From NCBI RefSeq assembly GCF_009914755.1, contig NC_060938.1: 64,000 nucleotides of DNA, one strand, 5' to 3'. This stretch comes from the human T2T-CHM13v2.0 reference genome, Homo sapiens. Shown one piece after another: positions 50,561 to 64,000 of this stretch. A model generated the notes under the pieces. That model was given only the letters and a program-made list of their open reading frames with translations, was not told the origin of the DNA and ran no database searches. The position numbers and the translations under genes were made by a program. The stretch's first letter is position 1. Every line of letters begins with the position of its first letter.

Positions 50561-51484
50561 AAACTTTCAAGTCTTTGATTTTTAAGGAATCCTGATTTTA
50601 TTTTAGCAGGATAATTTTTACTTTATGAGGCCCAGTTTCATGTAATAATGCAGCATGTGATATAGATAAAAATCAAAGACCAGAGCTAACAGAATGGCCC
50701 TTCCTTCTCATAGCATCTTTATGAACAGTTGTGAGTAAAGGTGATTCCCAAAACCCTTTACAGATACTAAGTTCTATTTAAAGATTCACAATAACAATGA
50801 CAACATTTTAGGGCTCTCTTCCAACACCATCACTTCCTCCTTCTCCTGGGAAGTTAAGCTTGGGGTGGAGGAGGTGCAGTGGTATTCCTGGACTAGCACG
50901 CCCATGCTGTTGCCTGCGTTTGTGGAAACAGAGACCTTTATGGGACACTGAGCAAGGGGATTGGTGATGTAGAAATATGTTGTTGGAGACTAACAGAATA
51001 GAAAAAAAAAATGAAGTGAGTAACACTTGTCAACCTCAGCCAGTCATGGGGGGAAATACCTTCACATATTAAACAATAACAAATAAAATGTTTGAAATGC
51101 CGATATTTATAGTAAATTGCTTTTTCTGTCTTTTGGCACGAATCTTAAGAGGTACATTTGAGGGACAACAGTGTATGGGCCGAAGGGAGGCGTCACTGCC
51201 CAGGTGGAAGAGCCTGCTCTTGCCCTCTGCAGTTCTTCAAGGTTCCCAGACCGGTGACTTGATGCGAGAAACCCCAGGGCAGAAGGGAGACTGGCCAAAG
51301 TGCATGTTGCAAGGGGTGCATCTTAAAGACCCCTCTGATTGACTTGGCTGTACTCTAGGGAGGTCTGTGGACCAGGATCACCCCAGCGATTCCAGTTTAA
51401 ACTATGATGGACCTGTTTTATGAAGGTACAGGTATGAGTTTGGTGACTATGGATTGAGCTAGTTGTTTAAAACTTATTTAATCG

Positions 51485-52138
<654 letters not shown>

Positions 52139-53249
52139 CCCAAATATGTTTCTTTTAACTGCATTGCTAATCGTATCAAATAAACCGAGAGAATACAGTG
52201 AGTTGTTCAGAGCCTCCCAGTGAGTCAGGGAACAAATAAGACAGATCAGAAACCACTGTCCGTGGATACTCAGCCTGTTACTTAGTCCAACAGACCTGTT
52301 ATTGAGGATTAACATCCACTCAGAGCCAGAAATAGACCAATTGAGACTAAATCAGTTTTGATTGTTGGTCTCTAAGGATGAAAGGATGAGGGATACATTA
52401 ATTTGCTGGGCAATTGATTTTCCCTTGGGATAAGAGAGAAACAAGACCAAAATTGTCAGTCATCAAAAATGGCACAGCCACTTTCGTTAATAAATTATGT
52501 TTGGGTTTGGAAAACTTCCAGCCCTATAAATAGATTATGGGAAGCCTTCAGGGAGAGACAAAAAGGTGCACCATGACTGCTTTCATATAAAAAAAATAGC
52601 AGGCCCATTGAACTTGGAGAAAAAAATGAGAGGCCTATAACCTAGAACTTTGGTCAAAATAGGAACTATGATTCATAGCTAAAACTTTACTTTCTAAGTT
52701 TGTTACCACTCACTTCCAAGTTTAGGAGGAATAGGTCAAAAGTTTGGCAGGAGGATTTTTGGGAACAATTTGTACCAACAGGAGATTTCTGAGCAGTTCC
52801 ATTTTTCCTGCTGAGAGGTGGTTAATTTGGTTACTTACATTCTCATATTTTGCCGTAGTAGAGATTAAGAAAACCACTGGAGTGGAAATGAGAACCATCT
52901 CTACATTTTAATACTGTGATTGAAATAGAATTATGGAATGCTTCTGAAGATCTACACTGTTGTAAAGTGACACCATTCTGATTTTCTGGGCTTCTCATAG
53001 GAATGTTGAAAGTCAGCAAGTGGAGCTTGATATTTAACAGTGGAGTTGGGGATCAAAGCGGCGTTATCTTTCATGAGTAGATGTGTTCCCTATGTGTGTG
53101 TTCTTTGCTTTCTTAATCTCTGTGTCTGTGTCTTTTTTCCTGTGTTTCCCTGACAGTTCTACTTTATGACTGTCTATAAGGTGTGGCGTTCTGTATTTTA
53201 TAGCCAAGGTCATTTGCATTAGCTACACTTTTTTTTTTTTAAGTTAAAA

Positions 53250-53539
53250 CTTTTTTTTGAGACAGGGTCTCATTCTGTTGCCCAGGCTGGAGTGCAGTAG
53301 TATCATCATGGCTCATTGCAGCCTTGACCTCCTGGGCTCAAGTGATCCTCCCACCTTAGCCTCCCTTGAGTAGCTGGGACTACAGGTGTGTGCCACCACA
53401 CCTGGTTAATTTTTTTCTTGGTAGAGATGAGGTCTTACTGTGTTACCCAGGCTGGTCTTGAACTCCTGGCCTTAAGTGATCCACCTGCCTTGGCCTCCCA
53501 AAGTGCTAGGATTACAGGCTTGAGCCATCACACCCAGCC
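53250..53539 (-). mobile_element. Alu (AluJ-like)
   Basis: Antisense dimer. Confidence 0.93.
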
Positions 53540-53877
53540 TAACATGGTGTTCTTTGGATGGTGAGTGGGTGGGTGAATAAGAAATGGCACCTGTGGCAAC
53601 GTGATCGTGATCTCCACCCTGTGGGACTGGCATGTCTAGATCTCCCTGGCCTGTACTTGGTACACCCACACAACCCAATAAAGCCTGTAGCCCTGGTAAG
53701 AGGCTTTCCTGTGGAGGCAGTGAACACCTTTACAGGGAGCTGGGGAGGATTGGTTGATTGTCTAGAGAAGTCGGTTAATATCTCATATTTGGGGCCACAC
53801 AAGAATCAAGACAATCATTTGCTGACAGGCATTCTCCCTAGATTCTGGTCATTTTGTTTCTGCTGCTGAAGCCCCCT

Positions 53878-54197
53878 TTTATTTTTTTCTTTATTTTTAT
53901 TTTTATTTTTTGTTTGAGACAGAGTCTCACTCTTACCCAGGCTGGAGTGCAGTGGTGCGATCTCAACTCACTGCAGCTTTCACCTCCCAGGTTGAAGCAA
54001 TTCTCCTGCCTCAGCCTCCTGAGTAGCTGGGATTACAGGCATCTGCCATCAGGCCTGGCTAAATTTTGTATTTTTAGTAGAGATGAGGTTTCATCATGTT
54101 GGTTAGCCTGGTCTCGAACTCTCCTGATCTCAGGTGATCCACCCACCTTGGCCTCCCAAAGTGTTGGAATTACAGGTGTGAGCCACTGCGCTCGGCT
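53878..54197 (-). mobile_element. Alu (AluS)
   Basis: Antisense dimer; TSD tgaagccc. Confidence 0.94.
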
Positions 54198-54288
54198 TGA
54201 AGCCCGTTTTAAAAGTAGTGATCAAAAAAGAAAAAAATCTAGGCATAACTCTTAAATATCTGTCTGAAGCCATTAAATGATACAGTTT

Positions 54289-54430
54289 GGACAGGTGTGG
54301 TGGCTCATGCCTTGATCCCAGTGCTTTGCGAGGCTGAGGTGGGAGGCTTGCTTGAGGCCAAGACCAGACTGGGCAACATAGCAAGACCCTGTCTTTACCA
54401 AAAAAAGCTCAGTTGGGTGTGCTGGTATGT
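54289..54430 (+). mobile_element. Alu monomer (FLAM/J left arm)
   Basis: Left monomer. Confidence 0.82.
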
Positions 54431-55421
54431 GCTAAGGAGTTTACAGGAGCACAAACTGCCTCATAAGCCAAGAAGACTGTAATGGGAGAAACTGAAGAAC
54501 CATACCATGACCTACCCCAACCTTGAGTTGGGCTAATTTATCTCAATAACAAAAGGCATTGAAAAGTCTCCTTTTGTGCAAGTTTTATCAGAAGATTGAT
54601 TTAAAAATCTTTTTTTGTTTTTGTAGAGAATGACTCCTCTAGCAAGGCAGGAAAAGAAGACTTGACCCTCTGAAAATTAACCTCTGTGTATTCTTCAGTA
54701 GAATCAGCCCCAGTGAACTTGAACTGTGGGTAGACTAAGGACTCAGGCAGAGATCCAGGAGGCCATGAATCCTTGGGAGAAGCAGTCGGAGCCCACAAAG
54801 GGTCTCCATCCCTTGAATTCTGACCGTTACCATAAATAGTGTGTAGCTGTTCATTTCTTCCAGGAAAGGCCCAGGTGGCTGGTGTATCCTATGAAGGAAG
54901 CTGGGAGGGTGGGAAAGCCGATCTGGCTGACTGTTAATTGTGCACAGATAGGAAAGAGAGAGTGGTAATATGTAACTTTAGTAAGGAACAAAGGGGCTTC
55001 CAAAAGTTCACTTGCCCCAGCCTGAGACAAAGGAGGAAAAGTAAATCTATTCAGATAAATAAGCAACAGAGGACAAAAGTATTTTTGCGTTTTCCCTTTG
55101 GTATCCACAGATAGCATATTTTACAAATACCGCAAGATTAAATTCTTCAATTAGTCTGAAAAAGCACACAAGAGCATTCAACAAATGAGCCAAGGTTATA
55201 GTGGGGATACTTGGGTTTATAGCACCAACCAGCAAAGGATATCGCAGTTGCGTAGAAATTAAATCTCTAAAGTTAGGTTTAGTCTTTTCATTAACCACAA
55301 GTCACATTCTTAAGAAAACATTTTCTTCTCTGGTTATGTTTTATTTTATGAATGAGAACTTTATAAATTTTATTTTATTTATTTTCTTATTTCACTTGAT
55401 AGAAGGGTTGACATTAAGTGG

Positions 55422-55748
<327 letters not shown>

Positions 55749-55809
55749 TAGTTTTAAAAAAATATGTGTGGGTTACATATTTTTCATTTAGAAGATGAGG
55801 TAGCAATAA

Positions 55810-56631
<822 letters not shown>

Positions 56632-56732
56632 AAAGGAAACTTTTATGTTTTTGAATTACCTATGAAGCTATTACCAGGATGATTGTTTGTCTTCAGTTAC
56701 TTTGTGGAATATTGCTATAGAATAAAAATTTG

Positions 56733-56860
56733 GGCCAGGCACAGTGGCTTACGGCTGTAATCCCAGCACTTTGGGAGGATCGTTTGAAGACAGGAGTTTG
56801 AGACCAGCCTAGGCAGCATAGTGAGACCCTGTCTCTACAATAAATAAACAAAACAAAACA
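56733..56860 (+). mobile_element. Alu monomer (FLAM-like)
   Basis: Deleted left monomer. Confidence 0.82.
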
Positions 56861-57784
56861 ATCTGATCTTTTGAGTTAGAGTTATAATACAGATTAATTT
56901 GTGTGTCATATATTTTTATATATACTTATATATTTATGGAAAATTTTATGTTTATATAAATATATAATTATAATTATATATATATTTCTAAAGAATTAGA
57001 AAAAAAACCCAAATTAATTTCTCCCTTAGTTAATTAATCTGCCACATCAGGAATCTGTTGCTTCATTTCATGCGGATGTCAGTGGATAAGATGTTGCTTA
57101 TTCAACACCACTCGAAGAAACACAAGCTTTGCATAGCCTTAGTACTATGGCATTGCAGAAACCGTTAGAACAATGGCACTATTACTGATGTTTGTTATTG
57201 GAACCTGTAACATATTTCTGATTGACCAGCCAGATAGACTATTGAATTATGGAGACTGTTAGCCTTATGGGAATTTTATTACTCTTTAGAATAGTGTTTG
57301 AAAGGAAGAGTTTAAAATCCAAGCATTTCACTGAGGAGAGATAATAAGGCCTACAACCCTGCTGCAGTTTCCAGTTTATTGGTCATGCTTTGTGTGAATT
57401 ATTTGAGCCTTCTAGCAAGCTCTGTGATGCAGGTGGAGCCGTAGATCCTTGTGTAATAGCAGAGGAAGTGGAAAGTGGAAGCTCAGCCGCCTGCTTGTGG
57501 TCATGGTATGGGAACACGGAAAGGGGGATGAGAAGCAGTCAGCTCTTTCCATCCTGACAAATGTCAACTTGAATAATGTCATCATTAGGATGAATTGGTG
57601 AGCAGCTAAAATTCCATTTATGGTTTTAATTAGAGATGAGTATAGTAATTGATATTAATAATGGTGTTAAGTCGCCAAAGAAAACTTAAAACATATTCCA
57701 TATGTTGTATTTATCAGGTCAAGGAATTTCTATCACTCTTGATTAAAAACAAGTAGTAATGTTACTGAATGAGTAACATGTGGA

Positions 57785-58090
57785 GGCCGGGTGAGCGGTG
57801 GCTCACACCAGTAATCCCAGCACTTTGAGAGGCCAAGGTGAAAGGATCACTTCAGTCCAGGAGTTCGAGACCAGCATGGATAACATAGGGAGAACTCATC
57901 TCTACACAAAGTAAAAAAAAAAAAAAAATTAGCTGGGTGTGGTGTCACACGCCTGTGGTCCCAGCTACTTGGGAGGCTGAGGTGGGAGGATTGGTTGCGT
58001 CTGGGATATGATGGTGCCACTGCACTCCAGTGTGTGTGACAGAGTGGGCCCCTATCTCAGAAAAACAAACAAACAAACAAAAACAAAAAA
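57785..58090 (+). mobile_element. Alu (AluJ-like)
   Basis: Dimer with (CAAA)n tail. Confidence 0.9.
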
Positions 58091-58149
58091 ACAGTTACTT
58101 GTGGAAAGGTTACTTATCTTGATCATCCCATTTTGGTATTATATGAAAT

Positions 58150-58342
58150 AGAGGTTGAGACTTTGGACTCAGGATGGAGCTCAGAGACACAGTGGCTGAG
58201 CCACTTAGGATAAAGCACTTCACTTCCATGAGCCTTGGTTTCATCTATAAATTGTTGATATGGTTATTATCCATGTCAGAGAAGTTTTATGAGGATTAAA
58301 TGACATAATGTATATAAATGCTTAGTGCATAGTAAGCACTCT
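58150..58342 (+). mobile_element. MIR
   Basis: gagccttggtttcatctataaa...atgaggattaaatgacataatgtatataaatgctt...catagtaagcactc. Confidence 0.78.
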
Positions 58343-58367
58343 GTTTTTTTTTTTTTTAATGAATTAG

Positions 58368-59007
<640 letters not shown>

Positions 59008-60155
59008 CTTTATTGTACTGTTGATGTGAGGAAATGCCTGTAAATCAAGGCTAAAAATACAAGAAAAATTACATTGGATGATAAGTTCCCTCCTCTACAG
59101 GGCTATTTTGAATTTGAATTTGGGAAAAATTGTTCCAGACACAAGCTTGAAGTTTTCTGAACTAAAATATAAATGTAGCCTTGGTTATATTGCTTATAAT
59201 ACAGAAGCTGGTGAATTTTTTTTTTTTTTTTTTGCATGGGTGTGAGGGGAGTTGGGGAAGTGTGAACTCCTTTTGAAAGGAAAAAATATATTGTGCCCTC
59301 AGGAAGAAATTTTTTTTGTTCAGAGTCATTGGGTGGTGATGGGTGACCCAGGGAGAGCTGAGAAGCGGGCCCTTGGTGTGGCCCAGGAGATGAAGGAAAG
59401 CCGCTCAGGGCGAAGCTTAGAGAGGAGCCACAGCCTGGATGTCAGGGCCAGAGGGGCGCCCTAAGCTTCTTTTCCCTCCTGGAGTATCGAGGGTAAGTAA
59501 AATGGAGAAAGCAGGCCCTGTGGTAGACCACAGTGGAGAAGGTGGAATTTCTAGACTTAGCAGGCCAGCGCTGCTACAGAAGCCTTCCGGGGGCACTTGG
59601 AGCAGTTTCACTGGCATGACCTGAGTGCTGTAGGAAAGGCTTTTCTTCTGAAGACAGAAAAACTAAGAAAAGAGTAAAGGTAGGAGTTACTCGTTGAGAG
59701 TGCTTAATGATTCTATCCGTCCATCTGTCCAGTAACTCCTTGCACGTCTGCTTGGTACCTACTTTGCATCAGACTTGATGTTTGGAACTGGATACAAAGA
59801 AGAAAGCGGTACTGTAAGGAGCTTAGGTTGCAGTAAGGTGTCAGACATGGAGATGTGTCTGAGACAAGTGTGGTAGATACACTGAGATTGTGGCACGGGG
59901 TGTGTAGTGGGCACCAAGGCCAATCACCTCACTCTCCCTGGGTCAGTTGGAGTTGTCCACGTGGATGGAATAGGTGAGAGAGTGTGTGCAAAGACGGGAA
60001 GGTGAGAGAGAACCTGGGGCCTTAAGGAGAGCTTCGATTCTTTGGCCGTGTTTGTAGGCTTAGGGCCTATGTGAGAGTGTCAAAAGACAGTGATGAAGTA
60101 GGAAGGCCCCAGATGTTGAATTTTAAATGCAGTTGATAGGAAGCCTTTGAAACAT

Positions 60156-60291
60156 ATATATATATATATTTTTAGTAGAGATGGGGTTTCACCGGGTTAG
60201 CCAGGATGGTCTCGATCTCCTGACCTTGTGATCCGCCCGCCTCGGCCTCCCAAAGTGCTGGGATTACAGGCAGGAGCCACCGCACCCGGCC
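60156..60291 (-). mobile_element. AluY-like left monomer only, with TSD
   Basis: gttagccaggatggtctcgatctcc; TSD gcctttgaaa(c/t)at at 60143 and 60292. Confidence 0.88.
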
Positions 60292-60347
60292 GCCTTTGAA
60301 ATATTTTAAGCAGAGAAGTAGCCAGAGCAATAGTTTTCAGAGCTTAA

Positions 60348-60660
60348 TGTGGTGGATGCTGTGTTTACTGTCAAGATTCGCTTCAAAGAAAGACTCGGTG
60401 CCCAGCCTCTTGGGAGTGACCGCTTTAGCCATTGCCTCAGCTGCAGTGAACCACCTTACTCAAAGGATGGAGATGGAGGGTCCCACATCCAGGGACTAAT
60501 GAGGTGGGAATAGGAAGATTGAGCCATCTAGGCCCAACTTAGGACAACTCTGAGAGCCATGTTACCTCCAGAGCTCACCATGGGGTTAGTAGAGGCGATT
60601 ATTGAGCCTGCTTTGCAACTCAACTTTCTCCTCTGCTCACTCCTGCTTCCTTCTCTACTC
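60348..60660 (+). mobile_element. ERVL-type LTR (LTR16-like)
   Basis: tgtggtggatgctgtg...ggacaactctgagagccat...ctccagagctc...caactttctcctctgctcactcctgcttcc resembles LTR16 as I recall it. Confidence 0.6.
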
Positions 60661-60963
60661 TGCAATCTGGGCCTTTCTCACTGTCTCTCTGTGAAGTTGG
60701 CGAGGCTCTATTTGGTGTCCCTTGATGTGCTTAGGTCTGGAAATTGTTTCCAGGTGGGGAGCACAGGCAATCATGGGGCTCACGTTGTCCATTTCCCTTC
60801 TCTGAAGGATGGCACTCTTGCATTGCCTGTTGCAGCCTCAACATAATTGTTTCCTATGTTTTTTCCAATTTTCTATTGTTTACAGAAGAACATTAATTCT
60901 GGACCATTTAACTCCCAAATGGCCAGAGCTGAAGTTACTTGTTCTATTTTTAATTTCGATATA

Positions 60964-61080
60964 TTTTTTTTGAGACAGGGTTTTGCTCTGTCACCTAGGC
61001 TGGACTGCAGTGGCGTGATCATAGCTCACTGCAGCCTCAAACTCCTGGGCTCAAGCAATCCTGCCTCAGCATCCTGAGTA
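60964..61080 (-). mobile_element. Partial Alu right arm
   Basis: Antisense consensus. Confidence 0.85.
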
Positions 61081-62003
61081 AACCTGTTTTATTTTGAATA
61101 TGTTCAAGTGGGAGATGTTGAGGTAGTTATGCTGCTAGCTATATACGCATTCAACAATATTCAGCTTGCATTTATTGACTACTCGCTGTGTGCCAGGTTT
61201 TCGGTTAGGTACCAGGGTCATCGAGATGAAGGACAGTAGTCCTTTCCCATGGGGAGATAATAGTCTAATGAATTCTTAATTGAAGCTGAGGGAGACAGCT
61301 CGAGAATATGTGAGCTAAATAGATGCTGATTTTCTTAATTGGACCCGGCCTTCCTCCCTCCCTCTTTTGCCAGTATGGGATCTTGTTGTTTTATAGTAGA
61401 ATGATTGAGCCCTACCCCACCTGTGTTGTGCTAACACAGATAATGATACCATTTCACAGAATGAAAGTAGTTTTAACATCCTTACTGCTTGTTTTTCAAA
61501 CAGCATTCAAAATGCACTGTTGGGTGGACTCACTACCTACAAAAACATACATACAGGGAAACACACAAACTTATCACCTCTGATTACTATTCTTGGCCCA
61601 GGAGTGAGGACCCTAATGTACCAACAGGAAGATGTGTGCTTAGGTAATTGAGAGCTAATGGTCCTCTTTTGGCTTTATGATCTTCAGCTAGGTAATGACT
61701 TTTTATTAGAATAATTGATTATAATTTATATAAGACAGGGTGAAATGCATGCTTTGTTGTCCACTTGTTTATTATGTGGAATTTTCTTCCTTTTTTTAAA
61801 TAATAGACTTTGATTTTAAGAGGTAGGTAAAACAATGTAATTTTAAGATACATTGTGTGATTATTAAGTGCAGAGTCAATTATTAGGTGCAAAGTTTATT
61901 TACTGGATGTATATCAATTTTATATTTTGTAATTAGATGTCTCAACTGACAGAATTTATCTTGTACTTATTGGAGTAGTAGCCTTATTAATTTTGTGTTT
62001 TAA

Positions 62004-62661
<658 letters not shown>

Positions 62662-63101
62662 CTAAATGTATGGAAATAATAATCATTTGGAGAAAGAAAT
62701 GATGTTTTTCAATACTAAAGAGAATTTTCCCTCTAGTTTCCATACCGTCAGAGAACATCACTTAACTTTTCCGGTAGGAAGCCAGGTTTGAACTGATCCT
62801 ACACCCTCTGTGGGTCCCTGGGGAAGGTGTTCAGCCTGTGGCTGTGGAAGAGAGAGCCCAGCTGATTGTCCTTCAGGAGGATCCAGAGAGGCAACCCTCA
62901 CCCTGGCCTTACTGACATTGCCAGCCAGACTGAAGATTTAGCACAACCCAGAAGAGCTTAGTAACTGAACTGGAAGATATGTAACTTCTAGAGCAGCAAG
63001 GAACTGGTTTTTTTTCCCCCCCATTCCTAGTATTTGAAATATGCTTTAATATTGGTGAGATGATTGGACTTGGTGCTTTTGTGGACTACTGTGAGTCCTG
63101 C

Positions 63102-63404
63102 TTTTTTTTTTTTTTTTTTTTTGAGATGGAGTCTTGCTCTGTCATCTAGGCTGGAGTGCATTGGTGCCATCTTGGCTCACTACAGCTTCCGCCTCCTGGG
63201 TTCAAGTGATTCTCCTGCCTCAGCCTCCTGAGTAGCTGGGATTACAGGAATGTGCCACCATGCCCGGCTAACTTTTATATTTTTTGCAGAGATGGAATTT
63301 CACCATGTTGGCCAGGCTTGTCTTGGGTTCTTGACCTCAAGTGATCTGCCCGCCTTGGCCTCCCAAAGTACTGGGATTACAGGCATGAGCCACCGTACCT
63401 GGCC
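63102..63404 (-). mobile_element. Alu (AluS)
   Basis: Antisense dimer. Confidence 0.95.
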
Positions 63405-64000
63405 GAGTCTTGGTTTTTATAGTGTCATAAAATTACACTTATTTAGCTGGAAGGGCTTGTAGTGTCTAGCTCCACCCTTATGTTATGGATGAGAAAACTA
63501 GGGACCAAGTATGTTCAGTACGTTCTGTACAAGCTTGGGACAGAATGAGGGCCCAAACTCGGGCCTGCTAAGCCACCAGTCCAGGAGTGATTCTACGACA
63601 TGGTATTGCCCCCTCATAAGACTGTTCAGCTTCCCAGACTGCACTTGGTGTGGCTTTGGGTATCCCAGGCCTGGGTGGGGGGCACCGTCCTTCACTGGCT
63701 AGCCAGCCAGCAGCTGTGTGTGCTGGTCCCTGCTTCTCTCACCATGAGCTGGGATCTTGAGGCCAGGCTTGGTTATATTCTAGCCTGGATGAGCCTGGGT
63801 CCTTGTTACTGCTGCCTATTCACCATTCCTACCCTCCTGGAAATTAGCCTCATAGTATCACTTGCCTAATTATTTTATTTAATTTGCACAGCACAGAGCT
63901 AAAGCACAGTGGTGACAATGGCCGGGAATCAAGTAAGGTGAGGTACCCTATATCCCATCTTGCTGACTACCCAGTGTAGTGCCTGGAACATACAAACTGC

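Noticed and set aside
63892-63937. Possible 46-nt exon (ttgcacag|...AAG|GTGAGG)
   Set aside because: Weak polypyrimidine tract, L2-like surroundings and no supporting frame; needs RNA-seq.

Overview
Primate (human-like) genomic DNA, extremely Alu-dense, with about 85 Alu copies or fragments. It also holds old L1, L2, MIR, MER2, MER5A, MER20, MST-type and LTR16-type elements and one Y3 RNA pseudogene. No protein-coding exon can be supported; the ORF track is Alu-derived or GC-rich noise. A CpG island at about 28.1-29.5 kb looks like the promoter and non-coding first exon of a + strand gene that I cannot name. A 170-nt, uORF-packed candidate 5'-UTR exon follows at 39651-39820. The standout structure lies just downstream of that exon: a 731-bp inverted duplication (40112-40842 and 45572-46302, one mismatch by manual comparison) flanking a 4.6-kb segment that appears inverted. 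The left junction (40841-40979) is a patchwork of short templated copies joined by microhomologies, which reads as a multi-step template-switching (FoSTeS/MMBIR-like) event that split an Alu. Repeat boundaries are estimates by eye, and subfamily calls are tentative.
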